Shown: positions 38,937-56,691, counted from the stretch's first letter. The stretch is 64,000 nt of DNA from Gemmatimonadota bacterium (GCA_040389905.1 JAZJZK010000034.1:1-64000), one strand, 5' to 3'. Translations and numbers: made by a program. Notes: generated by a model not told the origin, from the sequence alone.

Positions 38937-39181
38937 GCGGAACGTGGCTTCGGCGAGAAGTGATCCGTGAACCCGCCGCGGCCGATCAGTCCCGCAAGTC
39001 CCCTGGTCACTTCGGCCTCGAACAGCGCGAAATCCTCGGCCAGCGCCAGCGCGCGGTCGATCGTTTCGGTTTCCGTATCCGTGCGCAGGAGCGTCATCAC
39101 GCGATCGATGCGCTCCTGGTCGATGAAGATGTTTTTCCTGCGACGAGTCTGGGTCATACGACGACTGTCAGTGGGAGTCAT
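38933..39181 (-). CDS. Putative VapB-like ribbon-helix-helix antitoxin
   Basis: Small ORF whose stop overlaps the PIN start; RKNIFIDQERIDRV...TETETIDRAL. Start could be 39157, 39181 or 39223. Confidence 0.7.
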   Translation of the reverse strand: MTPTDSRRMTQTRRRKNIFIDQERIDRVMTLLRTDTETETIDRALALAEDFALFEAEVTRGLAGLIGRGGFTDHFSPKPRSA

Positions 39182-39219
39182 CTGTATAATCGCCTTCTTT
39201 TGCTGTATCGCGCAAGTGC

Positions 39220-39936
39220 TCATAGGAGTCCCGCCTCCGCGAAACTCAGGTACCGGCCTCGGCCGATGATGATGTGGTCGTGAACCGGGATATCCAGCAC
39301 TTTCCCCGCGGTGACGAGTTGTTCAGTGACGACGCGGTCGTCCGCGCTGGGCGTAGGATCCCCGCTCGGGTGATTGTGTACGAGAATCACTGCGGCGGCG
39401 CGCTCGGCGATCGCTTCGCGGAACACCTCCCGCGGATGCACGAGCGATGACGTCAACAGCCCGCGTGTGATGGTGACATCGCGTTCGAGCCGGTGCTGTG
39501 CATCGAGAATCGCGACGTGGAACTCCTCGACCGGAAGATCCTCGAGGCGCGGCGCAAAGAGCCGAGCAACGTCACGTGGGGAGCGGACAGGTGCGCCATC
39601 ATCGCGTGATTCGGTGGCAAGGCGCCTCCCCAACTCGAGCGCGGCGTGAATCGTCACGGCGCGCGCCATGCCGACTCCATCGGTCTGCGTCAGCGCGGCG
39701 ACGGGTTGCATCGCCATGCGGCGCAGCGAGCCGCCAGCGGTCGCGAGGAGTGCGTGGCCCAACTGGAGAGACGAGGCCTTCATGCTCCCCGCACCAATGA
39801 GCAGCGCGAGCAGCTCTGCCGAGCTCAATGCGGCGGCGCCCAACGAAACGAGCCGTTCGCGGGGGCGTTCCGACAGGGGGAGCTCGCGGATGGCGAGCAC
39901 CGTGGACGACGAGTTGTGGCGAATGATGGTCGGCAT
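39220..39936 (-). CDS. radC: RadC/JAB-domain protein
   Basis: ERPRERL...LSSAELLALLIG, VHPREVFREAI, HNHPSGDPTPSADD, HDHIIIG. Confidence 0.95.
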   Translation of the reverse strand: MPTIIRHNSSSTVLAIRELPLSERPRERLVSLGAAALSSAELLALLIGAGSMKASSLQLGHALLATAGGSLRRMAMQPVAALTQTDGVGMARAVTIHAALELGRRLATESRDDGAPVRSPRDVARLFAPRLEDLPVEEFHVAILDAQHRLERDVTITRGLLTSSLVHPREVFREAIAERAAAVILVHNHPSGDPTPSADDRVVTEQLVTAGKVLDIPVHDHIIIGRGRYLSFAEAGLL

Positions 39937-39951
39937 TGGCTTGGCTCTCGG

Positions 39952-39992
39952 AAAAAACGGGAGGGCCCTCGGCACAGTTGCGAGGGCCCTCC
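39952..39992 (-). terminator. Intrinsic terminator after secA
   Basis: GGAGGGCCCTCG...CGAGGGCCCTCC stem followed by a T6 run on the minus strand. Confidence 0.8.
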
Positions 39993-40047
39993 AATTGTGA
40001 ATCCGTCGTCGCGTCAGTGCGTCATCAAAATGCCGCAGACCGTGTCA

Positions 40048-43347
<3,300 letters not shown>

Positions 43348-43356
43348 GCAGTCCCC

Positions 43357-43926
43357 TTATCGATACAGCCGATGCTCAGTGATGTAGTCCACCACTGCAT
43401 CCGGCATGAAACCGCGAATGGTCCGCCCGTCCGCAATCCGGGCACGCAACTCGGTGGACGAAATATCCACACGCCGCGTCTGGAGCACCTGCACCGTGTC
43501 CTCCACCCGCGAAGGCACGGGGTCGCCTCCCCGCGAGAGGACGGCGAGCCGCGCCAGCGACTGAATTCGTTTCGGTTCCCGCCACTGCTCGAACAAGGCA
43601 AAGGCATCTGCCCCGATCAGGAGCACGAGCTCCGCCGAGGGAAATGCCGCCGCCAATGACGCCACGGTATCAACTGTGTAAGATAACCCGCTCCGGTCGA
43701 TTTCCGTCGAATCGGCCCGGAAGCCGGGAATCCCCTGCACGAGTCGTTCGGTCATCGCCAGCCGGTGCAGCCCCGGGACCGAGGCCCCCCCGGTCTTGAA
43801 TGGCTGCGCTGCGGCAGGGATGAAGCGAACTTCGTCGAGTCCCAGAGCCTCAGCGGCGTCGATGGTGGGGAGCAAATGCCCGAGATGCGGCGGGTCGAAG
43901 CTCCCCCCGAAGATCCCGAGGCGCAC
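43357..43926 (-). CDS. nadD: Nicotinate-nucleotide adenylyltransferase
   Basis: GIFGGSFDPPHLGH, SYTVDT, LIGADA, ISSTELR. Confidence 0.96.
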   Translation of the reverse strand: MRLGIFGGSFDPPHLGHLLPTIDAAEALGLDEVRFIPAAAQPFKTGGASVPGLHRLAMTERLVQGIPGFRADSTEIDRSGLSYTVDTVASLAAAFPSAELVLLIGADAFALFEQWREPKRIQSLARLAVLSRGGDPVPSRVEDTVQVLQTRRVDISSTELRARIADGRTIRGFMPDAVVDYITEHRLYR

Positions 43927-43929
43927 GCC

Positions 43930-44760
43930 TCAGGACGCGGGTGGCGTCACAGGGCGCTCAGTTGGCGGCCCGGTGGTCGACGGCGGCGAGTTCGCGGGTA
44001 CGGACGGCGTCGCGACGGGGTCCGGCACTCCGGCACACACCTGCTTGACTTCAACGTCCTCCGGATAGCCTTTCCGCAGCGCAAAGCATGTCTCGGACGC
44101 TTCCGGTTTGTACCGGATGATCTTGTACGACTCGACCATCCGAAGCTGCGCGAGCCGGACGGTCGGCGTCGCGGGATACTTGGTAACGACGTCCGTGAAA
44201 TAGATCAGCGCCGGATCGTATGCTCGCCGGCGGAAATAGTACATGCCGGTACCATAGGCTTTCTGGGCGAACATCTCGTCCAGCGCCTCCATCTCCTTCC
44301 GTGCTTCGGGGATGAGCGGCGACGTCGGGTACAGGCCAAGCAGCGTGTTGTACGTTGCGGCCGCCGTCTCGCCGTAGGTCGGGTCGAGCGCCGGCTTCCG
44401 CCACATCTTCGCGTAGTCCCGGGCCGACTCGAGGGCCGCGTCATCCGCGAGCGTGTCGTCTGGAAAGCTCTCGACGATGCGCGAAAAGCTCGTCGCCGCC
44501 AGGATGAATTCGCCACGCTCTTCATGGGCCTTGCCGAGGTACCAATGCGAGCGCGGCAACAGCGTATCACGCGCCGGCAGGTCGGTCGTCAGCTTTTCGA
44601 GCGCCGTCACGGCATTGTCCCACCGTCCGGCTGCGATTTCCTGCATCGCAGCCTTATAGAGGGCTTCGTTCGTGGCGAACGTATGGAGCTGAAAGTCGGG
44701 ATGGCAGGCCAGCACCGCGAAGAGCAGCGCGACGACCAGCGCCCGGCGAGAGAGAAGCAT
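43930..44760 (-). CDS. bamD: Outer-membrane assembly lipoprotein BamD
   Basis: ATG at 44760 gives lipobox VLAC; TPR pattern LYKAAMQEI..., YPTSPLIPEA, YYFRRRAYDPALIYF. Confidence 0.85.
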   Translation of the reverse strand: MLLSRRALVVALLFAVLACHPDFQLHTFATNEALYKAAMQEIAAGRWDNAVTALEKLTTDLPARDTLLPRSHWYLGKAHEERGEFILAATSFSRIVESFPDDTLADDAALESARDYAKMWRKPALDPTYGETAAATYNTLLGLYPTSPLIPEARKEMEALDEMFAQKAYGTGMYYFRRRAYDPALIYFTDVVTKYPATPTVRLAQLRMVESYKIIRYKPEASETCFALRKGYPEDVEVKQVCAGVPDPVATPSVPANSPPSTTGPPTERPVTPPAS

Positions 44761-44873
44761 ATCTTGGAACAATACCCGCAAGTTGGCCAACGGTTCGGGA
44801 ACAGCCTGAGAAAGATACACGGCCCGCACCCTCCGGCCCACCCGCAGCACCGGAAAAGGCGTGGTCACCCGTT

Positions 44874-45854
44874 CTAGCCGGGAACGCGGCGTGGCCGAGG
44901 GACGCGCGGGGCCATCGCTGCCGTGCCGACGAGACCGCTGAAATACTCGATCGTGCGAGATAACCCTTCGCGCACGTCGACGGTCGGCTGCCACCCCAGC
45001 ATGCTGCGCGCCCGCGTAATGTCCGGCTTGCGCACCTTGGGATCGTCCGTCGGCAACGGCTCGTAAACAACCGGTACGCGACTCCCCGTCAGCTCGACGA
45101 CCATCTCGGCGAGCTGTGTGACGGTGTATTCGTCCGGATTCCCGATATTCGTGGGCATGTGGTCGCCCTTCATGAACAACTGGTAGATACCTTCTACTTC
45201 GTCCGACACGTAGCAGAAGCTGCGCGTCTGTGAACCGTCTCCGTAGATGGTGATCGGCTCGCCGGACAATGCCTGCACCACGAAATTCGAGACGACACGC
45301 CCGTCGCGCGGACGCATGCGGGGGCCGTACGTGTTGAAAATGCGCACGATCCGCGTGTCGACCCCATGATACGTGTGATACGCCATGGTGATCGCCTCCG
45401 CGAAGCGCTTCGCCTCATCATAGACACCGCGAGGCCCGACGGGGTTTACGTTCCCCCAGTAGTCTTCGGTCTGCGGATGAACGAGGGGATCTCCGTAGAC
45501 CTCGGAGGTCGAGGCAAGGAAGAAGCGCGCGCCCTTCTCCTTCGCCAGTCCAAGGGCGTTGTGCGTGCCGAGCGATCCGACCTTGAGCGTCTGGATCGGA
45601 AGCTCGAAGTAGTCGACGGGACTCGCCGGTGAGGCGAAATGGAGGACGCCGTCGAGCCCACCCGCGACGTACGTGAATGTCGAGATGTCGTGCTTGATGA
45701 ACTCGAATCGGCTCTCACCCATCAGGTGCGCGATGTTCTCGGGCCGCCCGCTGATGAAATTGTCGAGGCCGACCACCGAATGCCCATCCGCGAGAAACCG
45801 ATCGCACAAGTGCGAGCCGAGAAAACCCGCCGCGCCGGTGATGAGTACCCTCAT
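44874..45854 (-). CDS. UDP-glucuronate decarboxylase (UDP-xylose synthase) family
   Basis: [58 protein letters not shown]. Confidence 0.9.
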   Translation of the reverse strand: MRVLITGAAGFLGSHLCDRFLADGHSVVGLDNFISGRPENIAHLMGESRFEFIKHDISTFTYVAGGLDGVLHFASPASPVDYFELPIQTLKVGSLGTHNALGLAKEKGARFFLASTSEVYGDPLVHPQTEDYWGNVNPVGPRGVYDEAKRFAEAITMAYHTYHGVDTRIVRIFNTYGPRMRPRDGRVVSNFVVQALSGEPITIYGDGSQTRSFCYVSDEVEGIYQLFMKGDHMPTNIGNPDEYTVTQLAEMVVELTGSRVPVVYEPLPTDDPKVRKPDITRARSMLGWQPTVDVREGLSRTIEYFSGLVGTAAMAPRVPRPRRVPG

Positions 45855-47158
45855 GATGTCGCACCGCGTCCGATCGACTCGTACTGGAACCCCATCCGAC
45901 GCATTCGCTTCGCGTCGTACAGGTTCCGGCCGTCGATGAGGACGGGCGTGCGAAGCGCGGCCTTGATCCGCGCAAAATCTGGATGCCGGTACTCGTTCCA
46001 ATCGGTCACGACAACGAGGGCATCCGCGCCCTCGATGGCGGCGTAGTTCGACTCCGCAAAGTCCACGGTCTGTCCGATGCGGCGTTCCGCTTCGTGCATC
46101 GCGACCGGATCATGCACGACGACCACCGCGCCAGCGGCGAGCAATGCGTCGATCAGCACGAGCGACGGCGCCTCTCGCATATCATCGGTGTTGGGCTTGA
46201 AGGCCAGTCCCCAGACCGCGATGCGTTTGCCGCGCACGTCACCGATGATCCCGACGAGCTTTTCGAACAACCGGTGCTTCTGCTTCTCATTCGCCAGTTC
46301 CACGGCGTCGAGCACCCGGAGGGGAACGCCGACGGAATCCGCGGTGCGTGCCAGCGCCTTCACGTCCTTCGGGAAGCAGGACCCGCCGTACCCCGGGCCC
46401 GGAAAGAGGAACGCCGGTCCGATCCGGCTATCCGAGCCGATGCCTCGCCGAACCTGGTCCACATCCGCGCCAACGATTTCGCAGAGATTCGCAATTTCAT
46501 TCATGAACGAGATGCGCGTCGCCAACATCGCGTTCGCCGCGTACTTCGTCATTTCCGCCGAGGCGAGATCCATGAAGAGAATCGGCTTGCCGGTGCGAAC
46601 GAACGGCGCATACAACTCCGCCATGACGTTCCGGGCAAAATCCGACTCCACGCCAATGACGACGCGATCGGGCTTCATGAAGTCGTCGATGGCCGCCCCT
46701 TCCTTGAGGAACTCGGGATTCGAGCAGATGTGGAAGGGCAGTCTCGCGTGCCGTTCGACGGCCGCGGCAACCTTCGCCGCTGTGCCGACGGGCACGGTGG
46801 ATTTCGTGACGACCACGAGTTCGCGCGTCATGTAGTGGCCGACCTGTTCCGCGACCGACAGCACATGGCGAAGGTCGGCTGACCCGTCTTCATCCGGCGG
46901 TGTCCCCACCGCAATGAACACGACATCGGCGGACGCGATGGCCTCGGCAATGTCCGTGGTAAAGCTGAGGCGTTCCTGTTTCTGATTGCGCTCGACGTAC
47001 TCATCGAGCCCCGGCTCATAGATCGGCAGGACGTTCCTGCGAAGTCCCTCGATCTTTCCCGCATCGACGTCAGCGCACACCACCGCATTGCCCGTTTCCG
47101 CGAGACAGCCGCCAACGACGAGGCCGACGTATCCCGAACCCACCACCGTAATGTTCAT
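45851..47158 (-). CDS. ugd: UDP-glucose 6-dehydrogenase
   Basis: [57 protein letters not shown]. Confidence 0.93.
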   Translation of the reverse strand: MNITVVGSGYVGLVVGGCLAETGNAVVCADVDAGKIEGLRRNVLPIYEPGLDEYVERNQKQERLSFTTDIAEAIASADVVFIAVGTPPDEDGSADLRHVLSVAEQVGHYMTRELVVVTKSTVPVGTAAKVAAAVERHARLPFHICSNPEFLKEGAAIDDFMKPDRVVIGVESDFARNVMAELYAPFVRTGKPILFMDLASAEMTKYAANAMLATRISFMNEIANLCEIVGADVDQVRRGIGSDSRIGPAFLFPGPGYGGSCFPKDVKALARTADSVGVPLRVLDAVELANEKQKHRLFEKLVGIIGDVRGKRIAVWGLAFKPNTDDMREAPSLVLIDALLAAGAVVVVHDPVAMHEAERRIGQTVDFAESNYAAIEGADALVVVTDWNEYRHPDFARIKAALRTPVLIDGRNLYDAKRMRRMGFQYESIGRGATS

Positions 47159-47159
47159 G

Positions 47160-48287
47160 TCACCCGACGAAGAATGCGTTGATGCCCTCGACGACTTCGT
47201 CCAGCTGGCTCGTCGTGAGCTCGGGAAAGATCGGGATCGAAAGCACTTCCGCCGCCGCGCGCTCGCTTTCAGGACACTGACCAGCCGCGTATCCGAGATA
47301 GGCGAAGCACGGCTGAAGGTGCAGCGGGAGGGGATAGTAGATCGACGAGCCGATCCCACGCTCCTTCAGGAACGACTGGAGGGCATCGCGCTTGCCCCCT
47401 GCCACGCGAATCGTGTACTGGTTGAAGATCGATTCATTCTCGGGCGCGACATATGGCGTCGACAACAGGCCGTCGCGCACGCGGTCCTCGAGCGCGGCGT
47501 TGTAGTACGCCGCATTCGCCCGTCGCTTTGCACTCCACGCCGCCAGGTGCGGCAGCTTCGCGGAGAGCACCGCCGCCTGCAGCGCGTCGAGGCGGCTGTT
47601 GTATCCGACTTCGTCGTGGAAGTACTGCTTCGCACCACCGTGCACGCGCAGGCGCCGCAGGCGTTCCGCGATCCGCTCATCCTGCGTCACGATCATTCCG
47701 CCGTCCCCGTACCCGCCGAGATTCTTCGAGGGGAAGAAACTGAACGTGCCGATCGTGGCGATCTCGCCGGCCATGCGCTGCTCGCCATCCACGGCGCGGC
47801 GCGCGCCGATCGACTGCGCCGCATCCTCGATGACGGGAAGGCCCGGAACCGCCAGCCCCACCTCCTCGATGGCCGCCATCTGGCCGAACAGGTCGACGGG
47901 GATCACGGCCTTCGACCGCGACGTACGCGCTGCCGCCACAGCCTCGGGCCGGATGTTGAACGTATCCGGCTCGATGTCCACGAACACGGGCGTCGCACCG
48001 ACGTTGTGGATGGTGCCAGCCGTCGCGAAGAACGTGAATGGCGAGGTGATGACTTCGTCACCGCGGCCGATATCGAGCGCGCGCATCGCGAGCAGAATGG
48101 CATCGGTGCCGTTTGCACAGCCAATGGCAAAGCGCGTGTGCGAGAGGCGCGCGACGTCCGCCTCGAGTGCGGCGACGGGGTCGCCCAGAATGAACGTCTG
48201 CGCGTCGACGACCTTCATCATCGCGGCGACGACGTCGTCGCGGATAGTAGCGTGCTGCGCCTTGAGATCGAGTAGAGGGACTGGCAT
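47160..48287 (-). CDS. DegT/DnrJ/EryC1/StrS sugar aminotransferase (WbpE-like)
   Basis: IEDAAQSIG, SFFPSKNLGGYGDGG, GYNSRLDALQAA. Confidence 0.92.
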   Translation of the reverse strand: MPVPLLDLKAQHATIRDDVVAAMMKVVDAQTFILGDPVAALEADVARLSHTRFAIGCANGTDAILLAMRALDIGRGDEVITSPFTFFATAGTIHNVGATPVFVDIEPDTFNIRPEAVAAARTSRSKAVIPVDLFGQMAAIEEVGLAVPGLPVIEDAAQSIGARRAVDGEQRMAGEIATIGTFSFFPSKNLGGYGDGGMIVTQDERIAERLRRLRVHGGAKQYFHDEVGYNSRLDALQAAVLSAKLPHLAAWSAKRRANAAYYNAALEDRVRDGLLSTPYVAPENESIFNQYTIRVAGGKRDALQSFLKERGIGSSIYYPLPLHLQPCFAYLGYAAGQCPESERAAAEVLSIPIFPELTTSQLDEVVEGINAFFVG

Positions 48288-48296
48288 AGGTAGAAA

Positions 48297-49346
48297 CTAT
48301 AGTCTGGTGCGGAGCGGAATTGGTACTTCGCGGCCCGTCTTCGCTGACTCGTAGATGCCGAGAATCAGCTCCAACGACTTACGCCCTGCTCGCCCATCCG
48401 TGTCAGGGCGCGCGGTGCCCCCCAGCACGGGGAGCAGATTGCGATAGTAGCCTTCGTGACCGTGCCCATAGACGGTCGGGGGGGAGGTATTCGCGGCCTC
48501 GACGAGCTTGTCGTCGTCATCATAGCTCTCGAATGACCAGTGATCTACCTTGTTCACGGCGGTGCCACCGATCTTCACCGAGCCTCTTTCACCGAGAATC
48601 GTGATGGAGCCCTCGAGGTTTCTCGGATACGTCAGCACGCTGACTTCGATCACGCCCAGCGCGCCCGAACGAAACTTGAGGATGGCGACGCCGGAATCCT
48701 CCGCCTCGATGCGCCGAGCCTGCGTCGCGGTCTTGGCCATGACACTCTCGACTGGCCCCACGAGCCACTGCATGAGATCGACGTAGTGGCTCGCCTGATT
48801 CATGATGGCGCCGCCGTCGAATTCCCACGTGCCACGCCACGGTTCCGCGTCGTAGTACTCCTGCGGCCTCGTCCAGCGGACCGTCGTATTCGCCATGAAG
48901 ATGCGGCCGAAACGCCCCTTATCGACCGCGCGTTTCAGCAACTGGATCGCGGGATTCAACCGATTCTGCTTGACGACGAAGAGATGCACGCTCGCCTCGT
49001 CGCAGGCGCGCACGAGGGCATCTGCCGACTCGAGTGAAATGGCCATCGGCTTTTCCGTGAGCACGTGCCGGCCCGCCTTCGCCGCAATGATGCCGTGCTG
49101 CGGATGGAGCCCCGACGGCGTGCACACCGCCACGAGATCACTCGGCACTGCGGCGAGCATGCGCTCGAGCGAATCGAAGGCCGGTACACCAACCTGACGC
49201 GCCCGCTCGATCTCCGTGTCGGCGACGGAGACGAGTTCCAGCTCCGGCACCTTGGCGATCGCCTCGAAATGGTTCTTGCTGATGCGGCCGCATCCCACGA
49301 GCGCAACGCGCACGCGCCCTGACACGGCCGGAATGACACCGCTCAT
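48297..49346 (-). CDS. Gfo/Idh/MocA oxidoreductase (WbpB/WlbA-like UDP-GlcNAcA 3-dehydrogenase)
   Basis: [52 protein letters not shown]. Confidence 0.88.
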   Translation of the reverse strand: MSGVIPAVSGRVRVALVGCGRISKNHFEAIAKVPELELVSVADTEIERARQVGVPAFDSLERMLAAVPSDLVAVCTPSGLHPQHGIIAAKAGRHVLTEKPMAISLESADALVRACDEASVHLFVVKQNRLNPAIQLLKRAVDKGRFGRIFMANTTVRWTRPQEYYDAEPWRGTWEFDGGAIMNQASHYVDLMQWLVGPVESVMAKTATQARRIEAEDSGVAILKFRSGALGVIEVSVLTYPRNLEGSITILGERGSVKIGGTAVNKVDHWSFESYDDDDKLVEAANTSPPTVYGHGHEGYYRNLLPVLGGTARPDTDGRAGRKSLELILGIYESAKTGREVPIPLRTRL

Positions 49347-49932
49347 TTCGGTTGCTCCATGTTCGGACCGGAAACCTGCCGAACTCCATCGGGACTCGCC
49401 GCATAGTCCGATCCGCACACCGCGCAATGGAGTCCGTCCAGCCGCTCACCGCACTGGCAGATCCAGCCAACATGTTTCGCCGGGACTCCCACGACGAGTG
49501 AGAACGGCTTCACCTCTTTCGACACCACCGCGCCGGCGCCAACCAGACAATACTGGCCGAGTGTCACACCACAGACGATCGTAGCATTGGCGCCAATCGA
49601 CGCACCGCGCTTCACCAGTGTTCGCCGATACTCGGTCTTTCGCGACACGTGGCTGCGGGGGTTGATCACGTTCGTGAACACCATCGACGGGCCACAGAAC
49701 ACATCGTCCTCGAGCTCGACGCCTTCATAGATCGAGACATTGTTCTGAATCTTCACGTTGGTCCCGATCCGCGTTCCGCCCATCACGACGACGTTCTGGC
49801 CGAGCGAGCAGCGCTCCCCGATCACTGCGCCAGCGAGCACGTGACAGAAATGCCACACCTTGGTGCCGGCTCCGATCGCGGCGCCGTCGTCGACAATTGC
49901 CGACTCGTGCACGAAGGCCGTCGGATCGACGC

Positions 49933-49936
<4 letters not shown>
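49343..49936 (-). CDS. Hexapeptide N-acetyltransferase (WbpD/WlbB-like)
   Basis: [42 protein letters not shown]-terminal CQCG...CAVCG. Confidence 0.9.
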
Positions 49937-53155
<3,219 letters not shown>

Positions 53156-53172
<17 letters not shown>

Positions 53173-54118
53173 GAACCAGATCGTCGATGATATCGTCGAG
53201 CGACCGCTGGGGAGCCCAGCCGGTTGCGCGTCGAAGCTTGCTGTTGTCACCCACCAGCGCGGGAACATCCGCAGCACGCATGTATGCGGTCTCGGTGCCA
53301 ATTTCCGCGGCAATGCCCAACCGCTCAACCACGGCCCTGGCCAGCGCGCGAACGCTGTGCCCTGCGCCGCTGCTCACGTTGTACACCTCGCCGTCGGTGC
53401 CGTCCGTGATCAACGCAAGATATCCACTGACGGCGTCCCAGACATGCAAATAGTCTCGGATCGTGTCGCCATTTCCGATTGCGAGCGTTCCTCCCGCGCG
53501 GGGGAGTGCCAGGGCGCGCGCAACGAGGGCGGGAAGCAGGAAATGCGACGCGTGCCCGACGCCAGAGTGGTTGAAGCTTCTCGTGCATCGCACTCGCAGG
53601 CCGTCTGAGCGAAACATCTGAAGCGCCACCGTCTCCTGGGCGACTTTCGACGCAGCATACACGCTGAGGGGACGCTGCTCCGCGAGTTCCGTCAGCGGCA
53701 TGTCGTCCGTGGCGTGACGCCCGTATTGGTCCGCCGACCCAATCACGAGAATGACCGGATTGCTTCCACCGGCATCGCGGCACGCGCGCACTGCCGAGAG
53801 GAGGCGAACTGTTCCCATCGTGTTCACATCATATGTCAGAAACGGATGATTGGCTGCCGTTGGCACGTGACTGATGCCGGCAAGATGGAGCACGACATCC
53901 GCTCGCGAACGCTGCACCACCGCCGACACATCGTTCTGGCGCGTCACGTCCAGCTCACACCAGTCGATTCGTGCCCGTTCGGCGGCGTTGAGGATCAACT
54001 GATCCGGCGAGGGCCCGTATCCACCTCCGGTGACGCTCCAACCCCGCTCGAGCATGGCGCGCATGGCCCATTGAGCGACGAATCCGTTCGCTCCCGTGAC
54101 GAGCGCGTGCGTCGTCAC
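53156..54118 (-). CDS. GDP-mannose 4,6-dehydratase / RMD-like SDR
   Basis: [39 protein letters not shown] start at 54118. Confidence 0.8.
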
Positions 54119-54144
54119 GGGAGGTCGACTCCGTCGAGCATACG

Positions 54145-54172
54145 AAAAGGGGAGCCCCTGAGAGCTCCCCTT
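54145..54172 (-). terminator. Intrinsic terminator after rpmB
   Basis: AAGGGGAGC...GCTCCCCTT stem with TTTT on the minus strand. Confidence 0.75.
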
Positions 54173-54200
54173 CGCGGACACGAGCGGCGGAGCGGCTGCG

Positions 54201-54419
54201 TCACGCCACCTGCACGCCGCGCGGCGCGCGCTGAACCTTGCCGGCGTTCATGCAGCGAGTGCACACCTTCACCTTCGAGATCTTGCCGTCGATGACGGTA
54301 CGCATGACCTGAAGATTCGGCTTCCAGGAGCGACGCGTCTTGTTGTTCGCATGCGAGACGTTGTTGCCGAACGCGACGCCCTTGTCGCAATGAAAGCAAC
54401 GATTACGCTGGATAGCCAT
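54201..54419 (-). CDS. rpmB: 50S ribosomal protein L28
   Basis: [24 protein letters not shown] and CTRC zinc-binding form. Confidence 0.97.
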   Translation of the reverse strand: MAIQRNRCFHCDKGVAFGNNVSHANNKTRRSWKPNLQVMRTVIDGKISKVKVCTRCMNAGKVQRAPRGVQVA

Positions 54420-54421
54420 GA

Positions 54422-54784
54422 TTACTTGCCCTCCGGCATGAACTCGATCCGCGCCATGTCTGCGCCGTCGCCCTTGCGGAAGCCGGTCTTCAGGATGCGC
54501 GTGTATCCGCCATTCCGCGTGGCGAAACGCGGGCCGATCACCTGGAACAGCTTGTCCGCCGCCTCACGCTTCTGCACGTGACGGATGGCGAGACGACGGG
54601 CGTGCAGCGTGCCCGAGCGCGCCTTGGTGACGAGCTTCTCGATGAATGGGCGCAGTTCCTTGGCCTTCGCCTCGGTCGTCTCGATCGACTCGCTCTCGAT
54701 GAGCGACGTCGCGAGGTTGCGCATGAGCGCGAGCTTCTGCTCGCTCGTGCGGCGCAGTTGCCGCCCTGCCTTCTGGTGACGCAT
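54422..54784 (-). CDS. rplQ: 50S ribosomal protein L17
   Basis: [29 protein letters not shown]...RKGDGA. Confidence 0.98.
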   Translation of the reverse strand: MRHQKAGRQLRRTSEQKLALMRNLATSLIESESIETTEAKAKELRPFIEKLVTKARSGTLHARRLAIRHVQKREAADKLFQVIGPRFATRNGGYTRILKTGFRKGDGADMARIEFMPEGK

Positions 54785-54790
54785 CTGGTG

Positions 54791-55864
54791 TTACTCCTCT
54801 TCGTCGTCGGGAGCGGCGGCGGCAGCCTGGCTCGGCGGTGTGCCCCAATCGAGCACCCGAACGCCGTCGCCGTTCTCCTCGAACCGCATGCCAAAGTTCA
54901 GTCCTTCACGCTCCAGCAGATCCGCGATCTCCTGAAGCGACTTCTTGCCAAAATTCTTGACCTGCAGGATCTGGCTCTCGGTCTGCCGAACCAGGTCGCC
55001 AAGGCTCCGGATATTGGAGTTCTTGAGCGAGTTCACTGACCGGACGCTCAGCTCGAGGTCATCGATCGGCGTCTTGAGCAGGCCCTGCATGCGAGCGCCA
55101 TCCGTGCCGGCACCGTCGGACATGCCACCGGCCACCGGCGCCGAGCTGTGCGAGCCGAACTCCACGAAGTACTGGAAGTGCGTCTGCGCGAGGGCTGCCG
55201 CGTAGCTGACGGCTTCTTCCGGCGTGATCGTGCCGTTGGTCTCGACCGTCAGCGTGAGGCGATCGTAGTCCGTGCGCTGGCCGACGCGGGTTTCCGCGAC
55301 GGAGAAATTGGCGCGGCGGACCGGGTTGTAGATCGAGTCGATGCGGACGAGGTCGACCGGCAGGCCGCGATCGAGCGGATGCTGGTCGGACTCGACGTAG
55401 CCACGGCCCTTGTTGATGTAGAGCTCGATATTGAGGTCGCGATCGTCGTGGAGCGTCAGGATGTGGTGCGACGGATCGACGATGCGAACGCCGGAAACCG
55501 GCTGAACGTCACCAGCCGTAACGGCGCCAGGTGCGTCCTTCTTGATGTGCAGCACCGCGCTCTCGACATCGTCGGCGAGCGTCAGCGTGAGCGTCTTGAG
55601 GTTCCCGATGATCTGGTGGACATCCTCGACGACACCCGGAATGGTCTGGTGCTCGTGCACGACGCCGTCGATGCGGACGCCCCACACGGCGGCGCCGCGG
55701 AGGGACGACAGCAGCATGCGACGCATGGCATTGCCAAGCGTGTGCCCGAAGCCGCGCTCGAGCGGCTGGAGGCGAAATTCGGCGATATTGGGATTGTCCT
55801 CGCGCTTGGTCGATTCAACCAGCTGCGGACGGACAAGACCACGAAGATCGATCGTAGAAGCCAT
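54791..55864 (-). CDS. rpoA: RNA polymerase alpha subunit
   Basis: PLERGFGHTLGNAMRRMLLSS, RVGQRTDYDRL, CTD LELSVRSVNSLK...NFGKKSL. Confidence 0.98.
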   Translation of the reverse strand: MASTIDLRGLVRPQLVESTKREDNPNIAEFRLQPLERGFGHTLGNAMRRMLLSSLRGAAVWGVRIDGVVHEHQTIPGVVEDVHQIIGNLKTLTLTLADDVESAVLHIKKDAPGAVTAGDVQPVSGVRIVDPSHHILTLHDDRDLNIELYINKGRGYVESDQHPLDRGLPVDLVRIDSIYNPVRRANFSVAETRVGQRTDYDRLTLTVETNGTITPEEAVSYAAALAQTHFQYFVEFGSHSSAPVAGGMSDGAGTDGARMQGLLKTPIDDLELSVRSVNSLKNSNIRSLGDLVRQTESQILQVKNFGKKSLQEIADLLEREGLNFGMRFEENGDGVRVLDWGTPPSQAAAAAPDDEEE

Positions 55865-55973
55865 ATTCAGTCAGTGTGTTCGGGTCATTCCAGCCGAAGA
55901 TCGGCGGGAAACGCTCTGCCTCGCCCCAAACGCGCGGCAGACTCGTAGAGGGGTTTGGGCCCCGACCATCAAC

Positions 55974-56054
55974 TACAGGTGACAGGGGGTAGGAATCAGG
56001 AGACAGGAACTGCGGTTGCTGTTCCTGACCCCTGTTACCTGACTCCTGTCCCCT
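55974..56054. repeat. REP-like palindrome of 7-bp GACAGGA-type units
   Basis: TACAGGT GACAGGG GGTAGGA ATCAGGA GACAGGA, spacer, then TCCTGAC CCCTGTT ACCTGAC TCCTGTC CCCT; abuts rpsD stop. Confidence 0.85.
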
Positions 56055-56690
56055 TTACTTCGAGTAGAGCTCGACGACGAGCTGTTCCTGCGCGGCGATC
56101 GGGATGCTCGTCCGAGCGGGCTTCTCGAGCACGCGCCCGCTGAACGTCTCCTTATCGACCGCGATCCACGAGAGCGGCGCGCCACGGGAGGACTGATCCA
56201 TCGCCGTGATGACGGACACCTGCTCGCGCGACTTCACCCGCAGACGGACTTCCTGACCCGGCTGCACGTGGAAGCTGGGAATGTCGACACCCTTCTGGTT
56301 CACTTCGACGTGGCGGTGGCGAATGAGCTGGCGCGCGGCCTTGCGGCTGGACGCGAAGCCCATGCGGTACACGACATTGTCGAGGCGCGTCTCGAGGGCG
56401 GCCAGCAGGTTGTGGCCACGGAGGCCGGGCTGCGAGCTGACCTTGTCGAACGTGTTGCGGAACTGCTTCTCGCTCACGCCGTAGATGCGCTTGATCTTCT
56501 GCTTCTCACGGAGCTGCTTGGAGAACTCCGACGCCTTGCGACGACGCGCCGTTGCCTGACCATGCTGGCCTGGCGCGTACGGGCGACGCTCGACCGGGCA
56601 CTTCTCGGTGAAACACTTGGTGCCCTTGAGGAACAGCTTGGTTCCCTCGCGACGGCACTGGCGGCAGCTCGGACCTGTATAGCGACCCAT
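56055..56690 (-). CDS. rpsD: 30S ribosomal protein S4
   Basis: MGRYTGPSCRQCRRE, QLREKQK, LETRLDNVVYRMGFA, LVVELYSK. Confidence 0.98.
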   Translation of the reverse strand: MGRYTGPSCRQCRREGTKLFLKGTKCFTEKCPVERRPYAPGQHGQATARRRKASEFSKQLREKQKIKRIYGVSEKQFRNTFDKVSSQPGLRGHNLLAALETRLDNVVYRMGFASSRKAARQLIRHRHVEVNQKGVDIPSFHVQPGQEVRLRVKSREQVSVITAMDQSSRGAPLSWIAVDKETFSGRVLEKPARTSIPIAAQEQLVVELYSK

Positions 56691-56691
56691 C

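Noticed and set aside
39220..39936. radC as a marker of a mobile or anti-defence element
   Set aside because: It is the full-length chromosomal form with the N-terminal ERPRERL/HhH region, next to secA, without mobility genes.
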